A DNA stretch of 64,000 nt, taken from NCBI GenBank assembly GCA_965214095.1, contig OZ243938.1, positions 4,128,001-4,192,000 on the forward strand. Direction: 5' to 3'. Source of the stretch: Candidatus Poribacteria bacterium (GTDB lineage Bacteria > Poribacteria > WGA-4E > WGA-3G). The notes under the pieces are model-generated. The model did no database searches. It was not told the DNA's origin and saw only the letters and a program-made list of their open reading frames with translations. Made by a program: the position numbers and the translations under genes. The first letter of the stretch is position 1. Each line of letters opens with the position of its first letter. Positions 1 through 10,395 of the stretch are shown here, piece after piece.

Positions 1-129
1 AATTCCACCTACCTGAGCAATCTTACCATCAATTATCAGCACATCACCAACTTCATCAATATTATTCGCAGGATCAATGATATGACCATTACGTATCAGC
101 ACATTGTCAATCTTTTCCGTGTTATTCAT
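1..129 (-). CDS. pyrC: Dihydroorotase, N-terminal part (runs off window start)
   Basis: The reverse strand from ATG at 129 reads MNNTEKIDNVLIRNGHIIDPANNIDEVGDVLIIDGKIAQVGGI, a typical amidohydrolase/dihydroorotase N-terminus. It lies downstream of pyrR. Not in the ORF track. Confidence 0.75.
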   Translation of the reverse strand, partial: MNNTEKIDNVLIRNGHIIDPANNIDEVGDVLIIDGKIAQVGGI

Positions 130-182
130 CAAAGTTTCAGGCAGGAGACCCGCTGCTTTAGCACGGGGAGGAATGCCCGTTC

Positions 183-1199
183 CTATCTATATTGAAAGTT
201 AAGTTTAGTTAACACCTTGAAATCTCTTTGTTTTGCACTTGTAGTTAACCGTTTCCCATCAAGACTATAGATTGAAAACAATCCTTTTGCGTTGACACCT
301 ACTAATCTTGTCAATCCATATTTGATATGCTTGACAAGTGTGTTCTTGACCAATCCTTCTTTTAGCAATGTGCCACCATATCGTGAACGGATACCCCCTT
401 TTTTCGGTTGTTCTCTGTGTAAATTGCGTCTTTCTATCGGTATGGGTGATATACAGAATATATCTGTCGTATCTGGTATGCTATCACCGCCGACAGTATG
501 ATAAGCAAGACACCAACTATCCACACAATGTGCGTCAAAGGTTTCTGTTAACTTCTGTTTAGACTTTTTCAACCCAAGTCTATCACGGATTTCCTTTGTT
601 TCCCAACCTTGAAGTGTTAGCAGGTGCCAACGCTTCTTGATATTCTGATAGAACCACTGCTTACCAACTTCCAATGGACCAAAAGATTGATTCCATTTTT
701 TGGCACGTTTGATAGTCCGTGCTTTGATGTCTTCTACACATACATGACTAATAGGGTAGAGTTTAGATAACCAATCCAGTATCCTTAACTTCCAATCCCA
801 TCTCGCACGCGTACCAGCAGGTATACGTTTTCTGTTAGCAAGTTTGTTTGTCCTATTCTTGCGATTAGGACACTTCCGTGAACGTCTACTTCTGCGAAGT
901 TCTCTACGTTTTTCAACCTTTTTACCAACCTTGTTATGTGCATCTGCCTGAACATTCAAATAAGTGTGTTTCTCTGATTTCACAGTGAAACCTTCTTTCT
1001 TACTACCAGGATCCACACCAACTACTATGTCTTGGAGTTCAGTGTCTGATGGATCAACATTAAGTCGGACGCAAAATGTGCAATTATTCCAAAAGGGTGT
1101 CGCTTTTCCTGTTTGTATCCAACGCCTCGCCCGTGAGGGCTTCGTAGGCATGAGAGGGTGTTGATTTTTGTCTACTACTGGAACTAAGATGTGTAAACC

Positions 1200-1223
<24 letters not shown>
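183..1223 (-). CDS. isrB: IsrB (IscB-family RNA-guided RuvC nickase lacking HNH; RRXRR/PLMP N-terminus)
   Basis: PLMP motif (HPLMPTKPSRARRW), RuvC-I VGVDPG, Arg-rich bridge helix (RRELRRSRRSRK), RuvC-II CVEDIK, RuvC-III HCVD. No HNH or Zn-finger insert. About 335-346 aa. The real start is probably near 1190. Confidence 0.88.
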
Positions 1224-2044
<821 letters not shown>

Positions 2045-2199
2045 TTATTATATTTATAACAACAAATAAATTTTATATCCAAAGTCATACTTGATGTATT
2101 GACAAAAAACTGTTGTTCCAACATGTTTGTCTTTACAGAAAAACATATTTTGTTAGTACAAACACTATGTATGCATTCTCCAAAAATATAAACTAACAT

Positions 2200-2233
2200 C
2201 CTTTTTCCACCTCGCTGGATGGGATTAAAAAGG
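2200..2233 (-). promoter_or_regulatory. PyrR-binding RNA stem-loop
   Basis: Minus strand CCTTTTTAATCCCATCCAGCGAGGTGGAAAAAGG resembles the PyrR binding loop consensus (UUUAA...UCCNGNGAGGY) with a CCTTTTT/AAAAAGG stem. Confidence 0.8.
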
Positions 2234-2307
2234 TTTTCTGAACTTCAATAGCCATTTTTCAATTTAGAATTATATCATATTACTGTAAATATTGCAAACC
2301 TATTATG

Positions 2308-2433
2308 CAGGGTTATTTAGTTTTAGGGTTTTTGTTCAGTATAATTCACTAACGTTAATTTTGTTATGGATTTGTATTTCTTTTTGTCTGAACCAAGATT
2401 TTCAGGATTATTAGATTTTCAGGATTATGAGTT
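2308..2433 (+). repeat. MITE-end repeat (CAGGGTTATTTAGTTTT terminus), inverted copy of 5563-5687
   Basis: About 125 bp closely similar to the reverse complement of 5563-5687. The same terminus bounds the MITE at 18966-19186. Confidence 0.8.
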
Positions 2434-2813
2434 TGGCTATGCAAAGTTCCTATTCCCAGGTTGACGTTTATTTTCTGGATGGCACTTTGATGCTTCAGTC
2501 TCTTATCCTGGTGAATGCCATATGCGCATTCATACCGTTATTTTGTGTAGCATCTGACAGCAAATTCATTGTGTTTATCTTGTAATTTCATGGTTTGCCT
2601 CCTTCTTGAAAAGTTACGAAACTGTAAGAAATCTCTTACAAACTGTAAGACGGACAAATTGTCTATACACGCAGTCTCTGTATGGCTTTATAGGGCATAA
2701 TCTGGTGGTACTAAAATTTAAATTTTGTAAACTGTAAGATTTTTCTGAGATGCTGACATTTGTCCGTTATTTTTGTATAGAAATGTATGATGAATTGCAT
2801 GAATATCGTCTTT

Positions 2814-2908
2814 TATAGTAGATTTTGAAATTACTTGAACGTTCTGCATCGGCGAGGTTAGGCAACCTTGCCTACCGTAGGTCGAAAGTGTTAACTTATA
2901 TTCATAAT
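2814..2908 (+). repeat. TATAGT-ended MITE carrying one REP hairpin (copy of 44462-44564)
   Basis: TATAGTAGATTTTGAAATTACTTGAAC...TCGGCGAGGTTAGGCAACCTTGCCTACCG...GAAAGTGTTAACTTATATT is nearly identical to 44462-44564. Confidence 0.8.
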
Positions 2909-3121
2909 AGTTTCCATTATTTTGTTCTTATAAATTTCTTAATATTGTTATATTTTATAGAACATACGTTTTAAAATAAATAATAAATATATATTAACAT
3001 ATAAATTTACTTATGTCAAGTTATTTTTTGGCACTTTACCTATTCATTTTTCTTGACACTACGCCAAAAAACCCGTATAATATAACACGTCTTAATTACA
3101 TTGCATAAAATTGGAACACTA

Positions 3122-3547
3122 ATGCCCTCTCGTAGAAAATCTCGCATCATAGCGATGCAAATGCTATATCAAATCCATCAAACCGCCGACCCCGTACAAC
3201 TTGTCATAAAGCAGTTTTGGTTGAACCGGGAGATTTCTGTAGACTTGCGACACTTTACGCAGGAACTCGTTGTAGGCACAACCTCAAATTTGGAGACAAT
3301 AGATGCTGAACTCGAAGTTACATCCAAAAATTGGAAAATACATCGGATGCCTATTGTTGACCTATCAATACTTAGACTTGCAACTTATGAGATCTTATTC
3401 ATAGATGAAATTGATGCAGCAACATCCATAAATGAAGCAGTGGAAATTGCAAAATCATACAGCACAACTGATTCCCCGAAGTTTATTAACGGTATATTAG
3501 ACAATATACGCAAAAGACATCAGGAATCACCACAACAGAACACCTAA
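3122..3547 (+). CDS. nusB: Transcription antitermination factor NusB
   Basis: MPSRRKSRIIAMQMLYQ, WKIHRMPIVDLSILRLATYE, INEAVEIAKSY...FINGILD. Confidence 0.95.
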   Translation: MPSRRKSRIIAMQMLYQIHQTADPVQLVIKQFWLNREISVDLRHFTQELVVGTTSNLETIDAELEVTSKNWKIHRMPIVDLSILRLATYEILFIDEIDAATSINEAVEIAKSYSTTDSPKFINGILDNIRKRHQESPQQNT

Positions 3548-3605
3548 CCGTTGACATATCCTATCCACCAATATATACCAACAGGAATCAAATATAATAT
3601 ATCAA

Positions 3606-5393
3606 ATGCGAATTCTTAAAACCCTATTGCTCTGCACTTTGTTGTTAATTCCGATGGCTCTCCACGCAGCGCAAGAGTACAAATTCGTTGGAGAATTCGG
3701 TGGAAAAGGTGAGGGAGAAGCACAATTTGCTCAAACCTTGTTCATGGCATTTGGACCTGATGGGAGTATCTATGTCACTGACAATGAGAACTTCAAAATA
3801 CATAAGTTCTCTGAGACCGGGGAATTCCTGTTTGATATTGAGGTTACAGATACGGCTAAATTCCGATTTCTCAATCCATCAGCAACGGCAATTGGTGCCG
3901 ACGGTTCAATTTATGTGATGGATTGGATTCTGCAACACATAGAAGATACAAAGCATCCAAAACTATTCAACTATGGTCCCTGTGTTCACAAATTTGACGC
4001 GCAAGGACAATATGTATCTACGTTTCTATTACAGGATTACGATAAAAGGATTGACAACCTTGAAGCAGCAGCACCAGGTTTAGACAGTGATGGCAAATAC
4101 GCGCTCATCATTCCACAAGGTGACACCAAGCGCGACTTTTTACTTACAATCGATGCACAACATAATCTCTATGTATATGACGATGGTTCAATATACAAAC
4201 TTGATGCCAATGGAAAACCAATTCTCCGATTTGAAATATCGCAACCGGGAGTTGGACAAGTTTTCCAACCTGCTGATATGACAGTAGACAAATCAGGCAA
4301 CCTTTACATTGTAGATGAAAAAGGTCATCGGGTGGTGAAATACAATCCAGATGGGAAGTTTGTTCTTGCCTTTGGAGAATACGGGGATGCAGATCGAGAA
4401 TTTATCGCACCATTTCGAATTACTGCATTAACAGATGGAACACTCCTTGTTGCAGACAAAGCAAAGTATCTCAAGGATTTCCTGTCTACGTTACCAAAAC
4501 GACTTGACGATCCAACGCGCCGAATTGATGGACTTGCACGGACATTCCGCTACCGACTACGCAGAGTCCAACGATTTACAGCAGATGGAAAGTTGACACA
4601 AAAAATACTTATCCCTTTTCAACGAGAGACTGAAACTGATACCAATCTTCAACTGAAAGGGATTGACAGGATTGGAAACCTCTATTATCTCAATCCATCA
4701 CTGCTAAAGTTTCGCAAGTATGCTCCCAACACATCCTTGTTCTCTTCACTGTTTCAAACAGAACTGAAGTTACGTTTTACAAGAGATATGCAGGATATTG
4801 AAATAGACAATCAGGACGATCTTGATGCCGACCTATACACAAAATCCGATTTTGATGAGCAAATAATTCAGGATTCTGCTGACGCATTCCTGACCTTCAA
4901 ATACGATCTGAATGAGAATTATCGTATTGGATTATCCAATCAACTCACTTATGCGCGGATGACCGATACGAGTTTTTACAGAGCACAAGATTTTGAAGAT
5001 TTCCGCGGTAGATTCAATCAAGATGATAGGTCAACTGAATCCTCTTGGGATAACCGGGTTCAACTTGATTTCACTTGGATCCGAGACCAGGGCATCTATA
5101 ACTATCGTGAAGCGCGGATATATGCATACCTCAGTACTATCAATCTTGATTTCATCAATGATGCACTTGATAGGAGTAACTTCAGATTTTTCGATTTCTA
5201 TGCAAAACTCTCTGATTGGGGAGGTGGAATCCATTACGATTTAAGTCGAACATTCCGATTGCACTTTGAAGTTACACATTTCTTCGGAAAGAATAACTAT
5301 ACATATATTGATGAGACTGGCGACCTATATGCAACAGGATTCCAGCGAGCCGATACATACCGTGCTATACTGTATATAAACGGTTTCTTCTAA
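3606..5393 (+). CDS. Secreted NHL-repeat beta-propeller protein with putative C-terminal outer-membrane beta-barrel
   Basis: Signal peptide, NHL repeats (FGPDGSIYVTD, DKSGNLYIVDEKGHRVVKY), and an aromatic-rich C-terminal half ending in F. Confidence 0.7.
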   Translation: MRILKTLLLCTLLLIPMALHAAQEYKFVGEFGGKGEGEAQFAQTLFMAFGPDGSIYVTDNENFKIHKFSETGEFLFDIEVTDTAKFRFLNPSATAIGADGSIYVMDWILQHIEDTKHPKLFNYGPCVHKFDAQGQYVSTFLLQDYDKRIDNLEAAAPGLDSDGKYALIIPQGDTKRDFLLTIDAQHNLYVYDDGSIYKLDANGKPILRFEISQPGVGQVFQPADMTVDKSGNLYIVDEKGHRVVKYNPDGKFVLAFGEYGDADREFIAPFRITALTDGTLLVADKAKYLKDFLSTLPKRLDDPTRRIDGLARTFRYRLRRVQRFTADGKLTQKILIPFQRETETDTNLQLKGIDRIGNLYYLNPSLLKFRKYAPNTSLFSSLFQTELKLRFTRDMQDIEIDNQDDLDADLYTKSDFDEQIIQDSADAFLTFKYDLNENYRIGLSNQLTYARMTDTSFYRAQDFEDFRGRFNQDDRSTESSWDNRVQLDFTWIRDQGIYNYREARIYAYLSTINLDFINDALDRSNFRFFDFYAKLSDWGGGIHYDLSRTFRLHFEVTHFFGKNNYTYIDETGDLYATGFQRADTYRAILYINGFF

Positions 5394-5458
5394 TTCTACT
5401 ATAGTTTGAGTACGCCCCATGTAATCGCCAATATAGTGTGGGGTTTCCGTGCCCCACC

Positions 5459-5687
5459 TTTGTCTGAACCAGGATTTCCAGATTTCCAGGATTATGCGTT
5501 AGTTCTCCCAATATCCTATTCATAGAACAAACTCGATCTTTGAATGGCACGTAGGATTATGAAACTCCCAATCCTGAAAATCTACTAATCCTGAAAATCC
5601 TGGTTCAGACAAAAGGAATACGACCCATAACGAAAATTAACGTTAGTGAATTATATTGAACAGAAATCCTAAAACCAAATAACCCTG
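5459..5687 (-). repeat. Composite repeat: TTTGTCTGAACCAGGATTT inverted pair (5459-5613) plus CAGGG-type MITE end (to 5687)
   Basis: 5459-5495 and 5570-5613 are inverted copies. The same unit recurs at ~2383-2426 and 44423-44448. Confidence 0.75.
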
Positions 5688-5912
5688 TATTTTTGCCAAA
5701 CTCACGTATATACATTGAATTTCAGAATAAAAAAACTTGCAAATTGATTTGAAATAACGTATGATTATACTTAACCATTAAACGCTCCGTTTGTAATCTA
5801 CACATAAACTCTATATATTCCTACTATCATTAAAATAAATTCGGTGTATTCATACCAACAGATTCTGAATTTTTACATTGATAGATAAGACTATATTACC
5901 GGGAGATCATAG

Positions 5913-6761
5913 ATGGCAACAATTGGCACAGGTGTTTACCAATATGAGGTAGTTGAAGGTTGGGGGATGATTCCTCAACTTGGACTCGTTTCCGGTGTGG
6001 CATGCGACTCAAATGATCGTGTGTATATCTACAACCGCAGTCCACAACCTGCAATGCTCGTATTTGATGCAGATGGAACTTTTATCACAGAATGGGGTAA
6101 AGATATATTCAAGAAACCCCATGGTATCTGGATTAGTCCAGATGATGAAATCTGGACAACTGACACTATAGACCACACTGTGCGGAAATTCTCGCTTAAT
6201 GGAGAACTGTTGCAGACTTATGGAACAGTGAATAAACCGGGAACACCAGGAACACCTTTCAACCAACCCACCCGTGCTGTCCTATCGTCATCTGGAGAGA
6301 TGTATGTCTCTGACGGTTACGGTCAATCGCGCGTCCATCGTATGACTGCAGAGGGTGAAGTTATCGTTTCATGGGGTGCGTCCGGCACTGGTTCCGGTGA
6401 ATTCAACCTGCCACACGATGTGACTGTTGACCATAACGACAAGGTTTATATTCTTGACCGAGGTAATTTAAGGTGCCAGATATTCAATAACAATGGCGAA
6501 TTCCTAACTGAATGGACTGACCTCGGTTCCCCTAACGATCTTTTCATTGACTCAGACAATATCATTCACATAGCAGAAGCGCGTCAAAGCATCTGTATCA
6601 TGACTCTTGATGGCGAAATCATCGGTCGGTGGGGTGAGAAGGGAACTGCTCCAGGCCAATTTAGCGACTCCCCTCACGGAATTTGGATAGATTCACACGG
6701 AGACATCTATGTCAGCGAAGTCATCGCTGAAAGAAGACTCCAAAAGTTTAAGAGGGTTTAA
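5913..6761 (+). CDS. NHL-repeat protein (peptidyl-alpha-hydroxyglycine lyase-like family)
   Basis: GVACDSNDRVY, KPHGIWI, YVSDGYGQSRV and FNLPHDV repeats. Paralog of 25262-26122. Confidence 0.85.
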   Translation: MATIGTGVYQYEVVEGWGMIPQLGLVSGVACDSNDRVYIYNRSPQPAMLVFDADGTFITEWGKDIFKKPHGIWISPDDEIWTTDTIDHTVRKFSLNGELLQTYGTVNKPGTPGTPFNQPTRAVLSSSGEMYVSDGYGQSRVHRMTAEGEVIVSWGASGTGSGEFNLPHDVTVDHNDKVYILDRGNLRCQIFNNNGEFLTEWTDLGSPNDLFIDSDNIIHIAEARQSICIMTLDGEIIGRWGEKGTAPGQFSDSPHGIWIDSHGDIYVSEVIAERRLQKFKRV

Positions 6762-6765
6762 TAGT

Positions 6766-7659
6766 TTGAAAAAACAATACATTTACACTTTTAGCCTTAT
6801 ATTAATAGCACTTGCTATATGCACTTTCGCTTTTGCTGATGCGAATCATGAACATGCTGGCGACAAGATAAAAAAGTTGATAACTCAACCCTTAACATTC
6901 CAGTTAGCAGTTATCGCATTAGTCGTATCTTTTGTATTAGGTGGTCTACATGCATTGACTCCCGGACACGGAAAAGCAGTTGTTGCAGCATATCTTGTTG
7001 GAACAAAAGGAAGGGTTATTGATGCAATCTTTCTCGGTCTGATTGTCACCTTTACACACACTTTCAGTGTCATTTCAATCGGTATCATTCTGTTGTTTGC
7101 TAAAGAACGCATTGCACATGATGATATTGTTCTATGGTTGAGTCTTATCTCAGGTTTGCTCATTGTTGGTATCGGCGGATGGCTGCTTGCGAAAAATATG
7201 AAGCAGTATTATTCTGGTAGAACACACAATCACGGACATGATCATCCCCATGATCATGAACATACCCACGACCATGGAGATGGACATACGCATTCACACG
7301 GATTTGGTCATACACATAGCCACGTACCTACAGAACGAACAGGATTCTGGAGTTTATTATCCCTTGGTATTTCTGGTGGAATCGTCCCGTGTGTGGATGC
7401 ACTCATCGGTCTTCTATTTGCGATAAGTCTCAATAAACTAACATGGGGTATAATCATTCTGTGTGCATTCTCTCTGGGACTTGCGGCTGTATTGGTTGCT
7501 ATCGGTATCATGATGGTTATGGCAAAACCTGTGATTGAACGTTTTACAGGTAGAGGTGTTTGGCTACAACGTCTTCCCATTATCAGTGCTACCGTAGTAA
7601 TAGTACTAGGTGCGGTGTTAGTATTCAAAGCTCTCAATGATGTTGGTATTCAGATTTAA
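6766..7659 (+). CDS. RcnA/NicO-family nickel/cobalt transporter
   Basis: LGGLHALTPGHGKAVVAAYLVG, THTFSV, a His-rich loop and LGISGGIVPC. Likely TTG start at 6766. Confidence 0.85.
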   Translation: MKKQYIYTFSLILIALAICTFAFADANHEHAGDKIKKLITQPLTFQLAVIALVVSFVLGGLHALTPGHGKAVVAAYLVGTKGRVIDAIFLGLIVTFTHTFSVISIGIILLFAKERIAHDDIVLWLSLISGLLIVGIGGWLLAKNMKQYYSGRTHNHGHDHPHDHEHTHDHGDGHTHSHGFGHTHSHVPTERTGFWSLLSLGISGGIVPCVDALIGLLFAISLNKLTWGIIILCAFSLGLAAVLVAIGIMMVMAKPVIERFTGRGVWLQRLPIISATVVIVLGAVLVFKALNDVGIQI

Positions 7660-7706
7660 CATCCACCGCTAACCATCAAGATATTATATAGATTGAAAGG
7701 AATACT

Positions 7707-8594
7707 ATGCCAAGAACCGTTGGTATTCTTAGTCCTGGTGATATGGGACACACCGTCGGAGATGTCCTTCGTCAAAACGGATTACGAGTTGTTACCTGCC
7801 TTGAGAGTAGAAGTTTACGTACCCGTGAACTTGCACAAAAAGCGGACATCGTAGACTTGCTTACCTACCAAACACTGATAACTGAAGCAGACCTGATCTT
7901 GTCAATAATGGTACCATCACAAGCAACTTCCGCGGCTGAAAAGGTCGCTGAAGCATTGCAGAAGGTTGACACAAATTTAACCTATGTTGACTGCAATGCA
8001 ATTGCACCACAGACGGTGTATAGAATCAGTGAAACGATTACATCCGTAGGGAGTAATTTCGTTGATGCTTCAATCATCGGTCCACCCCCGCGAACACCGG
8101 GGGCAACCCGATTTTATGCATCAGGACCAGAAATTACTTCATTCTTAGAACTGAAGGAATACGGATTGGATGTCCGGATACTTGGGGAGGAGATTGGACT
8201 CGCATCTGCAATTAAGATGTGCTATGCTTCTTTGACAAAAGGTTTGACCGCACTATGTACTGAGCTGCTTACTGCAGCAGAATTGTTGGGTGTATCCGAA
8301 GCACTTGCAGAAGAATTTCAATTGAGCCAGTCCGTCTTATATGAGAGAATGGAAAGAGGTCTACCAGGTATGCCGACTAAGGCGAAACGGTGGATTGGTG
8401 AAATGGAAGAAATATCGGACACCTTTGCTGATGTTGGGTTGACACCAAATATATTAACAGGTGCTGCAGATATGTATCGCCTTGTGAGTAGTACCCACCT
8501 TGCTGACTTATCTCCCGAAGCACGAGACCAATTTCCTACATTGAGTGAATTAATCATTACCTTGGCCGAACATAATAGCAAAAGGAATGGATAG
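7707..8594 (+). CDS. NAD(P)-dependent oxidoreductase (6PGD/3-hydroxyisobutyrate DH-like, DUF1932)
   Basis: VGILSPGDMG Rossmann motif, FVDASIIGPPP, ASAIKMCYA, KRWIGEMEEI. Confidence 0.85.
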   Translation: MPRTVGILSPGDMGHTVGDVLRQNGLRVVTCLESRSLRTRELAQKADIVDLLTYQTLITEADLILSIMVPSQATSAAEKVAEALQKVDTNLTYVDCNAIAPQTVYRISETITSVGSNFVDASIIGPPPRTPGATRFYASGPEITSFLELKEYGLDVRILGEEIGLASAIKMCYASLTKGLTALCTELLTAAELLGVSEALAEEFQLSQSVLYERMERGLPGMPTKAKRWIGEMEEISDTFADVGLTPNILTGAADMYRLVSSTHLADLSPEARDQFPTLSELIITLAEHNSKRNG

Positions 8595-8610
8595 ACACTT
8601 TTAGATCTAA

Positions 8611-8713
8611 TCTCATAAATCATTGTAGTGTAAGGTCTCTGTGAACCGTTGTTCTTACGTTATATTTGACATGACGGGTACAGAGACCCCGCACTACATA
8701 AGATTTATGGAGA
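8611..8713. repeat. Long imperfect inverted repeat with GTAG...CTAC core (REPIN-like)
   Basis: TCTCATAAATC.TTGTAGTG..GGTCTCTG ... CAGAGACC..CACTACAT.AGATTTATGGAGA. Confidence 0.65.
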
Positions 8714-8783
8714 CATACTCTCTATACAATGACGACAGAGGTATTCAATTGTCTAGTGTCGTTGTTGTTGGAGGGGTTTCTAA

Positions 8784-8939
8784 TACCATTCCTAAAAGAT
8801 AGGATTTCATTATGAGACTTGTAGGTTCACCCTAAAGTAGAGAATGTCCGAGACGCAATTCATTGCGCCTCTTATATTATTCTCTGCCTCAGTTTGAATT
8901 CATAATCTCATAATGAACTATTCTTTATTAGAAATGGTA
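8784..8939. mobile_element. 156-bp MITE with TACCATT termini and TAA target duplication
   Basis: Terminal inverted repeats TACCATTCCTAA...TTCATTATGAGA / TCTCATAATGAA...TTAGAAATGGTA. TAA at 8781-8783 and 8940-8942. It splits a GGGGTTTCTAACCCC hairpin. Confidence 0.75.
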
Positions 8940-8952
8940 TAACCCCGATTTA

Positions 8953-9083
8953 TAGTGAAATGTAAAAATACGGGCACACTCCCGGTAGATGCGGTTTCCT
9001 AACCGCATCTATGAGACTGAACAAACACCGGTTCGGTTAGGACTGAACCTACCGTCTTGTGTAAATAATTATGGTTTTTACTA
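8953..9083 (+). mobile_element. TAGTGAAA...TTTTTACTA MITE carrying a REP doublet (copy at 50702-50834)
   Basis: Flanked by TTA on both sides. Contains CGGTAGATGCGGTTTCCTAACCGCATC and an inverted ...GAACCTACCG. Near-identical second copy. Confidence 0.8.
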
Positions 9084-9333
9084 TTAAACCCAAGCATGAA
9101 TATTCGGACTTAGAAACCCGCCAACATAAATTTTTTTTGCCAATTGAATGCTCTGACAAAGACGAAATAACTCTTGATTTTTTTTGCAAAATGTTATCAT
9201 ATTTTTGAATTAGTAACAAGGTGTGCGATTCAGAGGAACCGGTGCAGTATGTTTAATTATTTCTTCTGTAACATCCTCAACCGGATTGGTGCTACACGCG
9301 CACACGTTTATTCTAACGCTAAGTAGGTATAAC

Positions 9334-10091
9334 ATGGTACGCGACATCATAACCAATAAGTGGATACTTGGTGGTATATTACTGTTAATTATCATTGCCT
9401 GTGGGTGTTATTTTTGGTACCAATACACCCTTGCACCGTATAGAGAACAAGCCGCTAAGACTGAAGAAGTTGCTCGTAAATGGAAACTCGCTCAGAAAAC
9501 GAATAGCAACAGTGAGTCAGAAATAGCAGCCGATCAAACCCCTACGGATAGCACTGTGCCAACCGGAGAGAAACCGAGTTCACCTGAACTTCTACAGATC
9601 GGTGACATCGTGGATGGGAGAATATACTTAGGAACGGAACCCCCTTCACTAGAATTGCTCGCAGCATACGGTATTCATCCTCCATCTCAAGATGAGATTA
9701 TCTCTCCCTACGGGTTCGGACCTTATCCAGAATTACCGGAAGGGTTCGGTCCAATTACTTGGCCACGCAAGAGTGCTAATTCAGAATTGAGGATACTAAG
9801 ATCAAACTTCTAAAGCAAGGGGTACCTGTCGAAGGTTCTATTATGGAAAACGGCTTGGTATACCCGATCATAAAAGGTATCCGCTATGTAATATGGGGTG
9901 AGTCCGATGGAAAACAATATTTGCGAAGATCTCTGGGGCATCTTGATGATGGTGATTACATGAGGACTATCAGAAAGGAAAAAAAAGCGCGCGGTGAAAG
10001 CATAACCGCAGCCGATTTCCCCGGGATTAAACTTGTCCCTTTTGAAGAGGGCGGTATAGATCCCTATACTTTCCTTGATTTACCCAAATAA
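9334..10091 (+). pseudogene. Frameshifted membrane-anchored hypothetical protein
   Basis: MVRDIITNKWILGGILLLIII... ends at 9813. A second frame open from ~9799 (KIKLLKQGVPVEGSIMENGLVYP...) continues to 10091. Confidence 0.6.
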
Positions 10092-10114
10092 GGAGAATTA
10101 TTATCACGAAGACA

Positions 10115-10216
10115 AAGCACTCCAGCGGAGTGCTTTGTGTTGGAATCACATGCCGCTCCGCTGGAACAGAAACCTTGGTCCACAATGTGACTATAACATA
10201 TTGCTCCGCTGGAGCA
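10115..10216. repeat. Cluster of GCTCCGCTGGAGC-type short palindromes
   Basis: GCACTCCAGCGGAGTGC, GCTCCGCTGGAAC and GCTCCGCTGGAGC within ~100 bp. Confidence 0.6.
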
Positions 10217-10395
10217 AAGAGAAGTTTCATTCTGTCCAGTGTGTGCTGATTTGATAACATAAACGGTGATCCAAATGCTTGTCCCAACTTACGCTAGAAA
10301 AATTGTCCCAACTATAGTAATCTGAGGTAACATAACTAAAACATGAATGAGATACATTGTAGTATCTTCATTGACTACAAATACACAGCATTCCT

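Noticed and set aside
7220-7325. Tandem CAT/CAC-rich repeat
   Set aside because: It simply encodes the His-rich loop of the Ni/Co transporter.
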